A DNA stretch of 60,000 nt from Malacoraja senta (GCA_038087875.1 CM075989.1:14138001-14198000), one strand, 5' to 3'; counted from the stretch's first letter, positions 23,780 to 36,800 are shown. Notes: generated by a model not told the origin, from the letters alone. Program-made: numbers and translations.

Positions 23780-25410
23780 ACCTCTGCATGCCTTTACTTT
23801 TCTGGAGACTTGGATAGGTTATCTGCACCAGATGGACTACACACCAGGTTTCTGAAAGATGTAGCTGCAGAGATTTTGGAGGCAATAGTCGTGATCTTTC
23901 AAGAATCGCTCGAGTCGGGAATGGTTCCAGAGGACTGGAAAATTGGAAATGTAATTCCATTCTTTAAGAAGGGAGTGTGGCAAAAGAAAGAAAGTTACAG
24001 GTTCAGTGCTTGATAAGATTTTAGAGTCCATTATTTAGGATAAGATCATAGTCATACAGCGTGGAAACAGGTCCTTCGGCCGAACTTGCCCATGCTGACC
24101 ATGCTGCCCCATCAGCAATAGTCCCACTTGTATGTGTTTGGCCCATATCCATTTAAACCTATCCAATCCATCTAGGTTTCTCAGTTGTTGCAAGCAAATA
24201 ATAAAATAAGTCAAAGTCAGCATGGTTTTGTTAAGGGATGATCTTGCCTGACAAATCTGTTAGAATTCTTTGAAGATTGATAAAGGAGAGTTAGTCGATA
24301 TTGTTTACTTGGATTTTCAGAAGGCCTTTAACAAGGTGCCACATGTGAGGCTGCTGAATTAGATAGGAGCACATGGTATTAAAGGCAAGGATAGAAGCAT
24401 GGATAGAAGGTTGGCTGACTGGCAGAAGGAAAAGAGTGGGAATAAAGAGGGCCTTTCTGGTTGGCGGTAGTTGACTAGAAGTGTTCCGCAAGGATCGGTA
24501 TTGGGTCCGCTACTTTTTATGTTATATGTTAATGATCTGGATGATGGAATTGATGGCTTTGTGGCCAAGTTTGCGGATGATATGCAGATACGTGGAGGGG
24601 CCGGTAGTGTTGAGGAAGCAGGAAGTCTGCAGAAGGATTTGGACAGGTCGGGAGAGTGGGCAAAGAAGTGGCAAATGGAATACAACGCAGCAAAGCTTAT
24701 GGTTATGCACTTTGGATGAATGAATAAAGGCAGAGATTATTTTCTCAAGGGGAAGTGGAGTCAGAACTTGGAGGTGCAAAGGTACATGGGAGCACTGGTG
24801 CAGGATTTCCGAAAGGTTAATTTGCAGGTTAAGTTAGTAGTAAGGAAGGCAAATGCAATGTTAGCATTCATTTCGAGAGGACTAGAGGCAAGGGTGTAAT
24901 GCTGAGGCTTTATAAGGTGCTGATCAGGCCACAGTTGAAATATTGTGAGCAGTGTTGGTCCCACATATCTGAAGATGCATGTTCTGGTGTTGGAGAGGAT
25001 CCACAGGAGGTTTATGAGGATCCCGAGGTTAATATTGACGAGGAGCATTTGATATCTCTGGGCCTGTACCTGCTGGAGTTTAGAGTGAATATGAAGAGGA
25101 TATTTCCAGTAGTGGGAGAGTCTAGTATCAGAGGGCACAGTCTCAGAATAAAAGACCGTACATTTAGAATGGGGATGAGGAGGACTTTATTTTGCCTGAA
25201 GTGGTGAATCTGTGGAATTCATTGCCACAGATAGCTGTGGAGGCTGAGTCATTGGGTATTTTTAAGGCGGAGATTAATAGGTTCTTGATTGGAAATGGTG
25301 TCAAAGGTTACGGGATAAGGCAGGAGAATGAGGTTGAAAGGGAAAAGTACATCATCGTATGTCGGAGCAGACTCGATGGGTTGAATGCGTAATTCTGTTC
25401 CTATGTCTTA
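23780..25410 (+). mobile_element. CR1 LINE ORF2 (RT to 3' end), degraded, with a small inverted CR1 tail inserted at about 24045-24170
   Basis: Peptides PDGLHTRFLKDVA...IFQESLESGMVPEDWKIGNVIPFFKKG; SVPQGSVLGPLLFMLYVNDLDDGIDGFVAKFADD; LRLYKVLIRPQLKYCEQCWS. Confidence 0.92.
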
Positions 25411-27805
25411 TGTTTATCTTCTGCATTAAACTCCAACATCCTGCACTTATCTGCACTAAGTTTCTCAAACAAAAACAGTAAATACCTGGAAACACTCGAC
25501 AGGTCAGGCAATATTGAATATCTGGCAAAGTTTCCACCTAGAACATTAACTCTTTCATCTTCATTTTGATGCCAGTTTTTACAACAGTGTGAAGGTATGA
25601 TATACACTATCAAATGATTTTGTGCATTTTCCAACATGGACAAAATTGACTTAAGGACTTTGTAAAAATTGAATTGTTCGTTACCTGAGGATGGCCTCAA
25701 ACATAGAGGAAACTGATGCTAGAATCAGATCTGAAAATGTGCATTCTTGCACACTTACTTTTTCCATCCCTCCATTTCCCAACCTCACAGCTGAACTATC
25801 CCTTCTCCGTGTAGAAAAAAGGTATTTCCCTTACTCAGCTCCCCACTGTGCAATCCCTCATTCCCTTCCCCTTTGGTAAGGCCTTTCTTTCAGCTGCTAT
25901 GCACCATTCTGAACTTCTTGCACATCACCTGCCTGCCTTGCCACCTCTGGCTCAATGCATTCCATTTTTGTTGTCCATCCACCACAGCGAGCTTCATCGA
26001 TTATTAAAGTACAATGCATGTACAATTTTTTTGGTATGTTACATACTTTGCCAAAGGGCCAATCTGCAGTTTAGATGGATGGAAAAAGATTTCAGATAGA
26101 TTTTTAAAATTAAGTTGTTTATTGGATTGCAAACACATGATTTATTTTTTTATTCTCAGGACATTATGATTGTGTGTATATATTATTGATGTGTAGACAT
26201 TCTCTAAGAATGGTAGAGGCCCAACAGTTTCTTGGATATTTATGCAGCTAATTAGCTTCCCACCGTGGTTCCAGAATGTTAAAAATAAACTATTGTGCGG
26301 ATGCTGGCCACATGTTGATCACACTAGGTAGAGACGGCAGGCTCATTCCCTGAAGAACGTTGATGAACAAGTTAGGTTTTGTTATATCCTGACTGCATGT
26401 TTCCTGGTTACTTATTTCATGTTTTCAGGTATATTGATGTCACAAGCTGCTGTGGGGATAAGCACCAGTCAAGTGGCCAACTCTGCTTCAGTCTCAGTAA
26501 CTTCAGTTATTGTTATCTCGAGCAAAACTATGAAACTGTAGGATACTAGATGGTTAAAGACTGGTAGTAAACAAATCCCATACCATAATGCTGGTGGTCT
26601 CGCATATTGTGGAATTAAGGCAGGGTGATCAATGAGACAAAGGAGTACTATATTTGGAATGTTCCTGCAGGCACCAGAAGGTCATAATATTGGCCAATTT
26701 ATAGTAAAAATAAAGTTCAATTAGTCTTTGGGTCAGAACCGGTGACTATGCAAATCTGCCAAAGATTGCTACCCAGATCCACCTATTCACCGGAGAGAAT
26801 CTTTTCCTCAAAATTCTTAATTTAAACTACACATTAAACATTGTCTTCCACCTATATAGTAGGAACATGAAGACACCAGTCAGGGGATATCCTGTACAAG
26901 TGTTTAATGCTGCAATGCATTGAAATGACTAAACTTACCAGAATTACAGAAGGCAAACCTATTTTTTTTGCCATTAATGAAATACTAAAGTTACATTATA
27001 TGAAAAGTTTGCTATCATTTTTGATAGGAATATAATTTAAAAATATCTGTGAAATAAAACTAACGTCCAAACGCAAAATAAAGCAAGTGCTAATAATTCT
27101 CTAAGGAGAGAAAAACACCCCTCATTTGCAGAACATCCTTTGCAGAGTATCAGGGACAATGAGTTATGAGATTTGAGGTTTTAAGCTTGTCTCAAAGGAA
27201 AACATACCGCGGGAAGTGTCATAGTCATAGTTTCCAAACACTTTGTCAAGCTAGCGCCAAAGAACTGAGTAATGTATTAGAGTCGGGAAAATTACCTTGT
27301 ATCGCCATAATTTATGCATTGTAGATAATAAATTACCAGAATAGAAACATCTTTCTCCCAGTTATATACTCAAGATTTTCTGTGAATTGGAACACTTCAT
27401 GTTTTGTTGAAATCCCAGAATGTAGGGAGGATTGGGAATTTTGTGCACATTAATGTTGGCTAGAGTTATGGGGGTATTCGCATTGTCCCATCGGAGTGAG
27501 TTATTATGACAATTGCCTTTAATGAGAGGTCCGAGTGACATCAAGCAGAATCTCACAGTCAACCACATGCAGAAACAGTAGCGTAGTGACAAAGAGTTTG
27601 GTAAAAGACTATATTTCAAGGGACATCTTAGAGTATGGAGAGCGAGCTATAGAGAGATAGGGAGAGTCAATGAGGGAATTCTAGAATATCGAGGCCAGGG
27701 ACAAAGACGAAAAATTGAGATAATTAATTTAGCAATGACTCAGCGACCAGATTAGGTGGAGTACAGTAACCTCAAAGTGTTGTAGGGATAGTTGAGATAT
27801 AGAGA

Positions 27806-28095
27806 GTGATAAGTGGTGCAGCAGGTAGAGCTGCTGCCTCACAGCACCAGAGACCTGAATTCGATCCTCACCCAAGGGTGCTGTCTGTGTGGAGTTTGCA
27901 CGTTATCCCCTTGACTGCATGGGTTTCCTCTGGGTCTCCAGTTTCTTCCCACATCCCAAAGACATGCAGGGTTGTAGTTCAATTGCCCTTAGTATATTGG
28001 GAGTTGAAAAAATGAGATAACATAGAAATGGTGTGAGGGGGGCGATCTATGGTCGGTGTGTTAATCAAAGGGACTATCTTTTAATCAATTCCATC
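27806..28095 (+). mobile_element. HE1-like tRNA-derived SINE
   Basis: Box A-like TGGTGCAGCAGG, GAGCTGCTGCCTCACAGC, box B-like AATTCGATCC and core TGTGTGGAGTTTGCACGTT. Confidence 0.8.
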
Positions 28096-28172
28096 AAAGT
28101 GAGGAGAATGCAGATGTTTGAAATCAAGGATGTTAATCTTAAAATCACTGTATTGCTCCCTGTGAGCCAGTG

Positions 28173-28483
28173 GTTTAGTTTAGTTTGGAGATATAGCACC
28201 GAAACAGGCCCTTCGGCCCACCGAGTCCGCACTGACCAGCGATCCTGCACATTAACCCTATCCTAGACACACTAGGGACAATTTACACTTGTACCAAGCC
28301 AATTAGACTACTAACTTGTACATCTTTGGAGTGTGGGAGGAAATCCGAAGATCTCGAAGAAACTCCACGCGGTCACGGGAGAACGTTCAAACTCCATACA
28401 GGCAAGCACCCGTAGCCAGGATTGAACTCGCGTCTCTGTAAGTGCTGTAAGGCAGCAACTCTACTGCTGCACCACCTTGCCAC
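28173..28483 (-). mobile_element. HE1-like tRNA-derived SINE, near full length, (ACTAA)n tail
   Basis: Reverse complement of 57442-57763; CR1-like tail GAAGGGCCTGTTTC. Confidence 0.85.
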
Positions 28484-29654
28484 ACATTAAGTTCATTAAG
28501 GCTGATGAATGATGAAAATTTGGTACTTCTCAATACAGCGAAGCGTTCTAGAGGAGCTCAACTGTTTGGAGTGTAGATACTGGTAATGGGATTCATTTAT
28601 TAATGTCACGAGCACTGAGATACAGTGAAAATCTTTGTTTAGCGTGATATACAGGCATATCATACGATATACGTCCAATCATATTATACAAGAGTACGAT
28701 AGGCAGTGGAAAAGAGAAAGGAACCACACTGCAGAATATAGTGCACAGCTATGGAGAAAGTCCAAATAAAAAATATGCATGTGTTGGAATGAGATAGATT
28801 GTGAGATCGAGAATTCATCCTTGGCCCATAAGAGGTCTGTTCAAGAGCGTTTTGGGGAGCAAAGGATTGATATCTGTTGGTTACAAGGTCATGGATGAGG
28901 GTATCACTTGCAGATGAAACCCTCAACTGTGACCTTGCTACCCATAGACATCAATCTTTACTGAGACATGGGGATGGGAGGGGAGTGGCTGAATGATTTA
29001 AATATTGGCTGTTTTGAAGATGGAGAGGGTATCGAGTTTGTTCTTGGAATCAATGAGTTGCAGTCTGGTTTGGCAGACTTTGAGAAATAAGCTTCATTAC
29101 ATGAGAATTTATGATGGAGATTGAGGATAATGAGCTAGAAATCGCACCTTCCATGGAAAGGACACGATGAAATGGGGACTAAGGCCAGCATCCTCTCTGA
29201 GGCAACTTGCACCATAAAACAAGCCACTAGCAGTGGCACACAATGCCTTAACCAGGAGCCTGGGTTTGATAGTATGGGGATTGGTGTGCAAGTAAAGAGA
29301 ATGTTAGGGAGAAAGTAGCAAAAGCATTAACGAAAAGACCTGAAATGATTTCCCATTCATTTAATATGCATTTGGTAAAACTTGTTTAAACAGCACACAA
29401 ACATTTTGCTGTGCATTCGAATTTCGAGGACAGTAATTGTTGATGATACTCTGCGTTAATGTATTTGGCAGCAGTTTTTGGCACTGTATCAAATTAATGG
29501 AATCAACATTTTTACTTATTTCCATTTCTATTGTTGTAAATTATTAATAAGTCTTTTTGAATTGCATGCAAACAGCACCAGTTATTTCAACCAAAGCTCT
29601 CAATTTTATTCAGTCTAATAATACGAGATTTTGATATTCCGACTGCGCATGCCC

Positions 29655-29796
29655 AGGTCATAGGTCACTCGCTATAAACATTCTCGGCAACTGGGGTGCT
29701 GCGTTGTGTGCAGGCTTGCGATTCGTCCGTGGTTTATTAGCCAGCTTATACAGCCAGATTTTTTTTGCTTTTTCTTTATAGCGAGTGACCTTTGAC
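29655..29796. promoter_or_regulatory. Inverted repeat with a nuclear-receptor DR1 site in each arm; candidate enhancer or ancient element
   Basis: AGGTCA-T-AGGTCA at 29655-29667; perfect 17-bp inverted repeat AGGTCACTCGCTATAAA (29662-29678)/TTTATAGCGAGTGACCT (29775-29791); right arm continues TGACCT-T-TGAC; adjacent NRF1-like TGCGCATGC (29644-29652). Confidence 0.5.
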
Positions 29797-30762
29797 AAAT
29801 CCCATGATTCCTTGCATTTTTCAGAATACCAAACTCGCTTATTGCAGCCATGCATTAAATGTTACATTTAATTGGAACATTGGACATGGATCTGTGATCC
29901 GTGTCCAATATTCAGAGCTATTCTAAATACTCTGCATTATTGAGGGCTCCTCCATGTTTCTGCAAAGTGACAACAATGAAATTAGAAGCAAAAGACAATT
30001 CTTGGAATATTTTTAGGGGAAAATCTATTGCCTAGAACAGGTAAATTCATATCGGCAGGGTAACATTTCATCCTTCCACATGATATACTGACATGCACTT
30101 CTTCCAGTAGAAACTTATTCCAGGTACTGTCTCATATATCTGCTTCATATTTTCCAGGGAGAACAGCTCACAATTTGTTCTCAAATTAATTCATGTACTT
30201 TTGATATGCCTCAAATCAGAAATGACCAAGTCAAGAAGCAAAATAACAATTTCTTATTTCGGGAAGTTAGCTCTTTAATGATTGCAATAGGCTTATTGAA
30301 TAAGAAGATTGAAGATTGGATGACTTCAAGTGATCTGGGGATATTACCAGTTTGGTGTAGAAGGCTGCTTTGACTTACACTTGCTTTGTGCTGAAATATC
30401 ATCAGCTTGTTTGAATGCTGCACAGTTGTGTGGATTCACTTTTCTTCATGGGATGAGGTTCACACACTGAGGATTGTGTGGGTATGGATTAGCAGCATTG
30501 TGTTTCCTATAATTTGGTACAAAGTATCGAATCATTCAATCTTAATCCTTGCAAGTTAGGAAAAGAATAATGGTGTGGAAAAGTTGGAGGGAGTAAGATT
30601 GCAAAGGAATCATTCTACAACAGTAGAGAGTCTTTTAAACCTATGGTTCGGGCAAATGATATATATATTTTGCATATATTTCTTTGCAATAGTGAATATA
30701 TATCATCTGGACTCCTCAGTAGTGGCAGGAAACAGAAGATCACAATAATGGTGTATAATTTC

Positions 30763-31583
30763 AGGGCCTGTTCCACGGGCAGGCGATTCCATGCGGCAAG
30801 CGCGACCTAACAGGAAGCGGGGGCCGCGTGGGGACTGCACGGAGGTCGCGGGGTAGGTCCCACGTAGATTGCCGGAGCCGTATGGAGTTGGTCCCGACAC
30901 CGCGCGGGGCTCCGAAAAACCGACACTGTTCAAAAATTCCGCGCGGCAACGGCCTGCCGTCCCGCTGCTGCATCGAGGCTGTGTGCACCGCCTCGACGCC
31001 GCGTGCACCGTCTCCGTCAACTCTGGAATTGTTGTGAAGGAAGGAACTGCAGATGCCCATTTACACTGAAGATGGACACACCAAAAATGCTGGAGTAACT
31101 CAGTAGATCAGGCAGCTTCTGTGGACAGGTGGTGTTTCGGGTCGAGACACCTTTTTCGGGCTGAAGTCTTCTGCAGTCTTCTATGGTCTGAGGAAGGGTC
31201 TCGACCCGAAACATCACCTACCCGTGTTCACCTACATAAAAACAGAAACATCACCTACCCGTGTTCACCTACATAAAAACCGCTTGACCTTCCAATGGAC
31301 TTCGCTCGAACTGGATGTCCGCGCATCCCCAGCATCCGGTAACGTCGCGCTCGCCGCATGGAATCGCATGCCCGTGGGACAGGCCGTACGGTGATCACTC
31401 GGCCTCCGCGCAGCCCCCGCTTCCGGTTAGGTTGCGCTTGCCGCATGGAATCGCATGCCCGTGGGACAGGCCGTACGGTGATCACTCGGCCCTCGCGCAG
31501 CTACCGCGCGGCCCCCGCACGGCCCCCGCTTCCGGTTAGGTCACGCTTGCCGCATGGAATCGCCTGCCCGTGGGACAGGCCCT
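30763..31583. mobile_element. Second copy of the PIF/Harbinger MITE, with a nested Penelope repeat and triplicated right end
   Basis: Same TIR as 17682-18179; CCCGTGGGACAGGCC ends at 31385, 31472 and about 31582; TSD not cleanly preserved. Confidence 0.85.
31035..31260. mobile_element. Inverted pair of Penelope terminal repeats with hammerhead motif (31188-31215, +)
   Basis: GGAACTGCAGATGC...TGCTGGAGTAACTCAG...GTTTCGGGTCGAGAC, then GGT-CTGAGGA-AGGGTCTCGACCC-GAAA-C-ATC-ACC. Confidence 0.8.
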
Positions 31584-31660
31584 TACCGCCTAGAACACAA
31601 CAAAGAATTTGGACTCAAATGTGGCATTGTTACTGGCACATTGCTCATGTTATGTTCTCT

Positions 31661-31696
31661 CCAAAGATACTAGAGGAGCTCCACTAGTATCTTTGG
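31661..31696. mobile_element. 36-bp palindromic micro-insertion with 6-bp TSD
   Basis: CCAAAGATACTAG-A-GGAGCTCC-A-CTAGTATCTTTGG flanked by TTCTCT (31655-31660, 31697-31702). Confidence 0.75.
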
Positions 31697-32939
31697 TTCT
31701 CTCTGCCCCTCACCATGCTTTTTTCTCAGGATGTATGCAGATAATTTGTACTTGGATGTTGGTAAAATAATATTGAAATATAATGACAACACAAGTACAG
31801 ATTTGTTAAGCAGTATTTGGTATGTAAACAGTGTTCAGAGTGGGCAGACATTAGGATATAATATATTTTGGTGGTAAACATAGGTTAACTTTATTGTGCT
31901 CAAAAGGTAGATACTGGCGAGTTTGGATCCTCAGGAATATTGTGTTCTTCATAAGTATAAGCAGATAGAAAAAGAACTGTGACGTTTTGGATTTTACAAA
32001 TATTCACAAAAAACAAGAGCTAATAAGAAAGCTTAAAAGAACATTGAAAAGAGTGTAATCTTGGCAACCTGCTCAAGAATGAGTAGGGAAGGCAGGCAGC
32101 ATTGATTAACCAGGATGATATCAGAAAGGAAAAACATAGTTACAAGTGGAAGGTTGAGATTCTCTGTCTATTTTCCCTGGAACAGAGAATGGTAATGAGA
32201 GATTTATAGTGTTTGTTTTAAATTGTGACGGATCTGATGAAGTGAATGGGGAAATGCAATTTCTTGTGGTAGTTGAGTCAGCGCCATGGAATCATCAATT
32301 TAAACTTGCATAAGCAGATATTGTTGGAACCTGAATTCCTTTGTCACAACAAATGTTTCTGGCGTGGGCCATTGGATCTTGCAACAATGATAACTTGTAT
32401 GCGAACAATAGGTTTAAGGTCGAAAAGTAATAAATATAGAACTGGAAATCTTTTTTGACAAAAACAAGGCTTTTATCATCGCAACCAGCAAGGGGGAGAA
32501 CAGGAGATCAGTGGAAGTGATAAATCTGGATTTTCAATAAACAGACAGATTGGCATTTATGATGTTACCAGCTGCTATACCAGGCACTGCTTGGGTTATT
32601 ATGCTGGCTGTCATAATGCTTGCATTTATTTCCATGCAATTGGGTTTTATAACACTCCTTGTAAATGGAATAAAATCTAACTTGAATATATAATTATTTT
32701 ATGAATAATATAATTAAAGGATTAGAATGTTGTAATTTAATTAAAGTTGTCAATAACACAAAATAAATATATACACAAAAATCACATATATTTCTCTAAG
32801 TAGCTATGTACTGATGCACAATGTGCCAATTTATTTGGTTTCAACATTGAAGAGCTTCAGCTTACGGTAAGTATCTTTTGAATCTGGTGTAAACATTTTT
32901 GTTAAATCTCTAACTCTGGAATATCCAGCATGTTGTTGT

Positions 32940-33980
32940 CCATGGGAAATGTTCAAGTTAATCCTCATGGCGAAACAAAGTCGAACAGAGATTTGAAGTC
33001 ACTTGAATTGAAAAGGTTGATGAGAAAAGAAGAAGACATTTTCCCCAATGGTATTACCAGTCATTGTTGTCCCATCAATTACACGTGGTCATACATTTTG
33101 AACTGATAATCTTGTGCTGTTGCATGGTATTGGTGGAAACAAATTCCACAGTAACACGAATGGAGCTCCTCCTTTTAGTTCAAGATCATATGATGGCACA
33201 CCAGGGGTGACAAAGAGTTTATACATTCAACAGAAAAATGTACATCATCATCAATGTCTGTCACAATGTCAATAGATTCATATTTTACAGGAAGCTTTCA
33301 AATAAGGTCCTGCGTCACATCTCATGGGTTGCACTGCTTTATTTTCTGATGTTAAAATTGCTCTTTGAGGCAACCATTGGTAATTCAAATAGTGTTGGGT
33401 GACATTTGGAAAAACAGCTTGAAACAGATAATGAAGTGATGTAACAATTTGAGCCAAATTTTTCATTGAAAGCATTCCTGTTAGTTCTTCGTGTTTTTAA
33501 TTCTCTATTTCCTAATTTCAGTAACTTTGACGCAAATTCTCCCACAAACAGATCACCTGTCAAATGTGCTCGTATGTTAGTTCACAAGTGAAATGTTTGA
33601 GCACTTTCCCAAATGTATAATGCTTTAATACAGACATTTTACTCATCTAAGCACCCCGTGGAATTACATGTAGCATTTAATGAAAATCTCCAGACAGCAC
33701 TAAATTACAGTTTCCTTTAATTGATTATTGTGTATAAGATCTTCCAACATTCGAGCTAATGCTTCAGTGGCTGTTTTGTGAGTCACATATACATTCATCT
33801 CAGATCATTAGTTTACAATCTTTTAAAAATGTTTTCCTTTGCAATTCCCCAACCAATGTCATATTTTTAAGTCTTCACATTTGCCAAATTTAAAGAGAGT
33901 TTAAGAGCCAAATGTACATTTTACTCCTTGTCAAAATGTTGAAGTAATGCTTGATGATGCCATGGTCATAGCAATCATGT
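32940..33980 (-). pseudogene. Fossil Helitron RepHel PIF1-family helicase domain
   Basis: Collinear degenerate motifs on the minus strand: IAMTMASSSIT (ASSGIAA), CKLMI*DEC (Walker B WDE), LSGDFH (GDFRQ), FASKLLKLGN, VFPNVTQHYLNYQWLPQRAIL, PGVPSYDLELKGGAPFVLLWNL...CNSTRL, PFQFK*LQISVRLCFAMRIN. Confidence 0.88.
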
Positions 33981-34271
33981 TTTGTCTATGAACTTCTTCC
34001 AAAAGTGGATTAAGAAGGAAAGTTTTTCGCATTTCACAGAAGCATCTAAAAAAATAATATACAGGTATAAAAGCAAATGGAAAGCAAATAACATGTTAAA
34101 CTACACCATTTTGCAGTGGAACAAGGATGTGTATTCAAATTATTTAAAACTTTGCCCGAACCATTTATGAAACAATTTCTGGATTATCATCATACTAATG
34201 GAAAAAATATAGTTTAGATAGAAAAAGAAGTTGAGCTGGTGGTAAAGGTGAAAGAGAATGTTTCAGCTTTA

Positions 34272-34286
34272 AGGGCCTGTCCCACT
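34272..34286 (+). mobile_element. Solo Harbinger-type TIR
   Basis: TTA|AGGGCCTGTCCCAC, the same as the MITE terminus at 17682; no partner end seen. Confidence 0.55.
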
Positions 34287-34304
34287 ATATGAGTTTACCC
34301 AAAT

Positions 34305-34520
34305 GTTTTACATAGAGAATGGTGGGTGCCAGGAATATGCTGCCAGTGGTGGTTGTGGAGGCAGATAAGGTATTTAACAGGCTTTTAGATAGGCACATGT
34401 ATATGCAGGAATATGGATCACGTGTGCGTAGAGGAAATGAGTTTAACTCAGCATCATGTTTGGCACGGACATGTAGTCTGAAGGGTTCTGTTCCTATGCT
34501 CTACTGTTCTATGTTCTAAG
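34305..34520 (+). mobile_element. CR1 3' UTR fragment
   Basis: GTGGTTGTGGAGGCAGAT...GAAGGGTTCTGTTCCTATGCTCTACTGTTCTATG. Confidence 0.7.
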
Positions 34521-36139
34521 ATTGAGACCATAGAGTGTTGAGAGAGTTGGTATAAATATGGAATGTATGTGCAGACCTTTGGAAGCTAAATGGCATGATG
34601 TAGGTGAAGCATATGGGACTCCTAGGAACAGAAAAAAATAGTAATGGCATGCCCTCAAGACAGATCTGCCATTCAATAAATTATCATTATTGGCCTCAGC
34701 TCCACCTTTCCATCTGACCCCAATAATTCTTCATTTACCTTCAACCCAAAATCTATCCTTGAATATATCCAAATGTTCACAATTCTCTGGGTCCTTTTCC
34801 CATTATACAGTGCTGTGTAGTTCCTGAATTCTCACCAGAGGAAATCCTCAGTAACTTGCATCTTTATTTTGTAATCTCCCATTCTTTGAATCTCCAGAGA
34901 AAGTAAGTCCAATCAGTTGGTCCTACTTCATAAAACAATTCCTTAATTCCAGAAATAAATATAGTGCACAGTATCCAAGGCAAGAATATCCTTCCTTAAG
35001 GAACAAAACTGTTTGTAACATCTTGCAATGTTATGGCCATTTTATTTTCGTACTTAATTTCTCTTCAAATTTAGGATGATGATCCATTTGCTTCTGAGGT
35101 AATGATGCAGGAAAAGGAAGAGGAATGATTGCTGGAAATAATTTGATTACAACTGAATATAAACAAGTGTAACAAAGTGAAGGCAACTAAATATCAAATT
35201 TTGAAGCGATAATTGGATATATATCAGATGAACATGGAGGGAGTATGACCTCCATTACCTCCAGCATAGAGCTGGCAGAGACATGATGGACTAGGTAATA
35301 AGCTGACATGGTTCAAGGTATACTGAGGACAGGAGCTGCTGCTGGTATATATCTTCCTAAACCCTTCAACAATTTGAATTATATTGGATTTTCTGAAGGG
35401 AATATCCCCTAATGAAACCCGCCAGATTTTTTTGAAAATTGCTTTGATCATCAGCTAAACTTGTTCTTTTTTTCTCTGGTTATATTGTTACTTTTGTTAG
35501 TGTAAAAAGGTATTTTATGTAGCAGTTCCCCTGGCATTATGCGAAGCGGTTGCTGGAGCCTATGTCATTCAGTCTATGTTCGAGAGCTAGACAGAGTTTG
35601 TCTTGTACTGATAAAAACTGATTGCTTTGACCCATCTATTAATGGTACTTGAACATACGGAGAATGGAGGAGCCCAGATATGATGCGAGTAAGACTAAGG
35701 ATCCCGGAAACTTGGAGGGTGCTAGGATTGGCGTGAGAGATTAAATTGACTGAATTATTGATCATATCTTTGTAGGTTATTGGGGGTTGTAATCAGTGCC
35801 TACTCTAGCTAAGTTCTCAAAATAACGATCTGAGCTGGAAGAAAGTTAGCTGGTCTATAGATCAAAACTGCTGTAAATAGTCAAATTTGAGTGCAGATTC
35901 CTCTTCAGTTTGGATGTACAACTAAATGTAATCACTTGGGCTGGTAGGATTGTTAAAATTACTTGTGCTTCTGGTTGCCATGGTGTTAAATGTTCAAAAA
36001 ATAAATCAATACATCATTAAAGAACTCCTCTGACTATTCGCAGCATTTGAATTGAATGCACTTGAGCCTTCATGGATATAGCCATTTCATTGTAAAAGAG
36101 GAAAGAAGTTAATTATTGAGCTATACGGCATAAAATAGG

Positions 36140-36800
36140 TTCTTCGGCCTAACTCATTGTGCGGGAGGCCACAGACGGAAAGGCCAGAGTGGAGTGAGAC
36201 AGAATAACTAGAAGTTCAGGGATGTTCCTGCAAACTCATTGCAGGTGCTCCTCAAAGCATTCACCCATTTATGTTTGATTTTTACATGGCTGAGGAGACT
36301 ACTTCGTGAACACCGAATGCAGTCCACTAGATGGGAAGAGATACAAGTGAATCACTGCTTCATCTGGAAAGACTGGGTCCCTGTCTTGTGGGGAAGGAGG
36401 AGGTGAAAGAATGTGTTTTTCATTCTGTGGTTGTATGGGAAAGTGCTGTAAAATGGGGATGGGTGGTGAGGTTGGTAGAGTAGAGTGCAGAACTATGATG
36501 GGAATAGACCAACTAAATACTTTGTGCACTCCTTTTGTAGCTGGTGGAAAATGTGAAGGATGATCTGTTGAATGTAAAGGTTGGTTGAGTGGAAGGTGAG
36601 GACCAGAGCAGAAGGGGTGAGAGCAGAGGTGTGGGAAACAGGTAAGAAAGGGCTCTGTCCCTAATGGTACAACAGAATCCATAGTTCGCAAGGAAGGAAA
36701 ATTACCTTGAAGTATCTCAGGAGAAAATCGTATCACTAGAGAAAATGCAATAGAAGCAGAGAAACTAGGAGAATGAAAGTCCATACATAAGGCAGGGTGG
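36140..36800 (-). mobile_element. Highly degraded Penelope-like element
   Basis: Similar to 7300-7530 (GAATGCAGTCCACTAGATGGGAAGAGATACAAGTGAATCACTGCTTCATCTGGAAAGACTG). Confidence 0.65.

Noticed and set aside
26429..26540. Exon-like segment after GTTTTCAG
   Set aside because: No convincing donor before in-frame stops and no recognisable peptide
31340..31583. Regularly spaced direct repeats suggestive of a CRISPR array
   Set aside because: Eukaryotic context; the intervening sequences are also repeated; these are duplicated MITE ends
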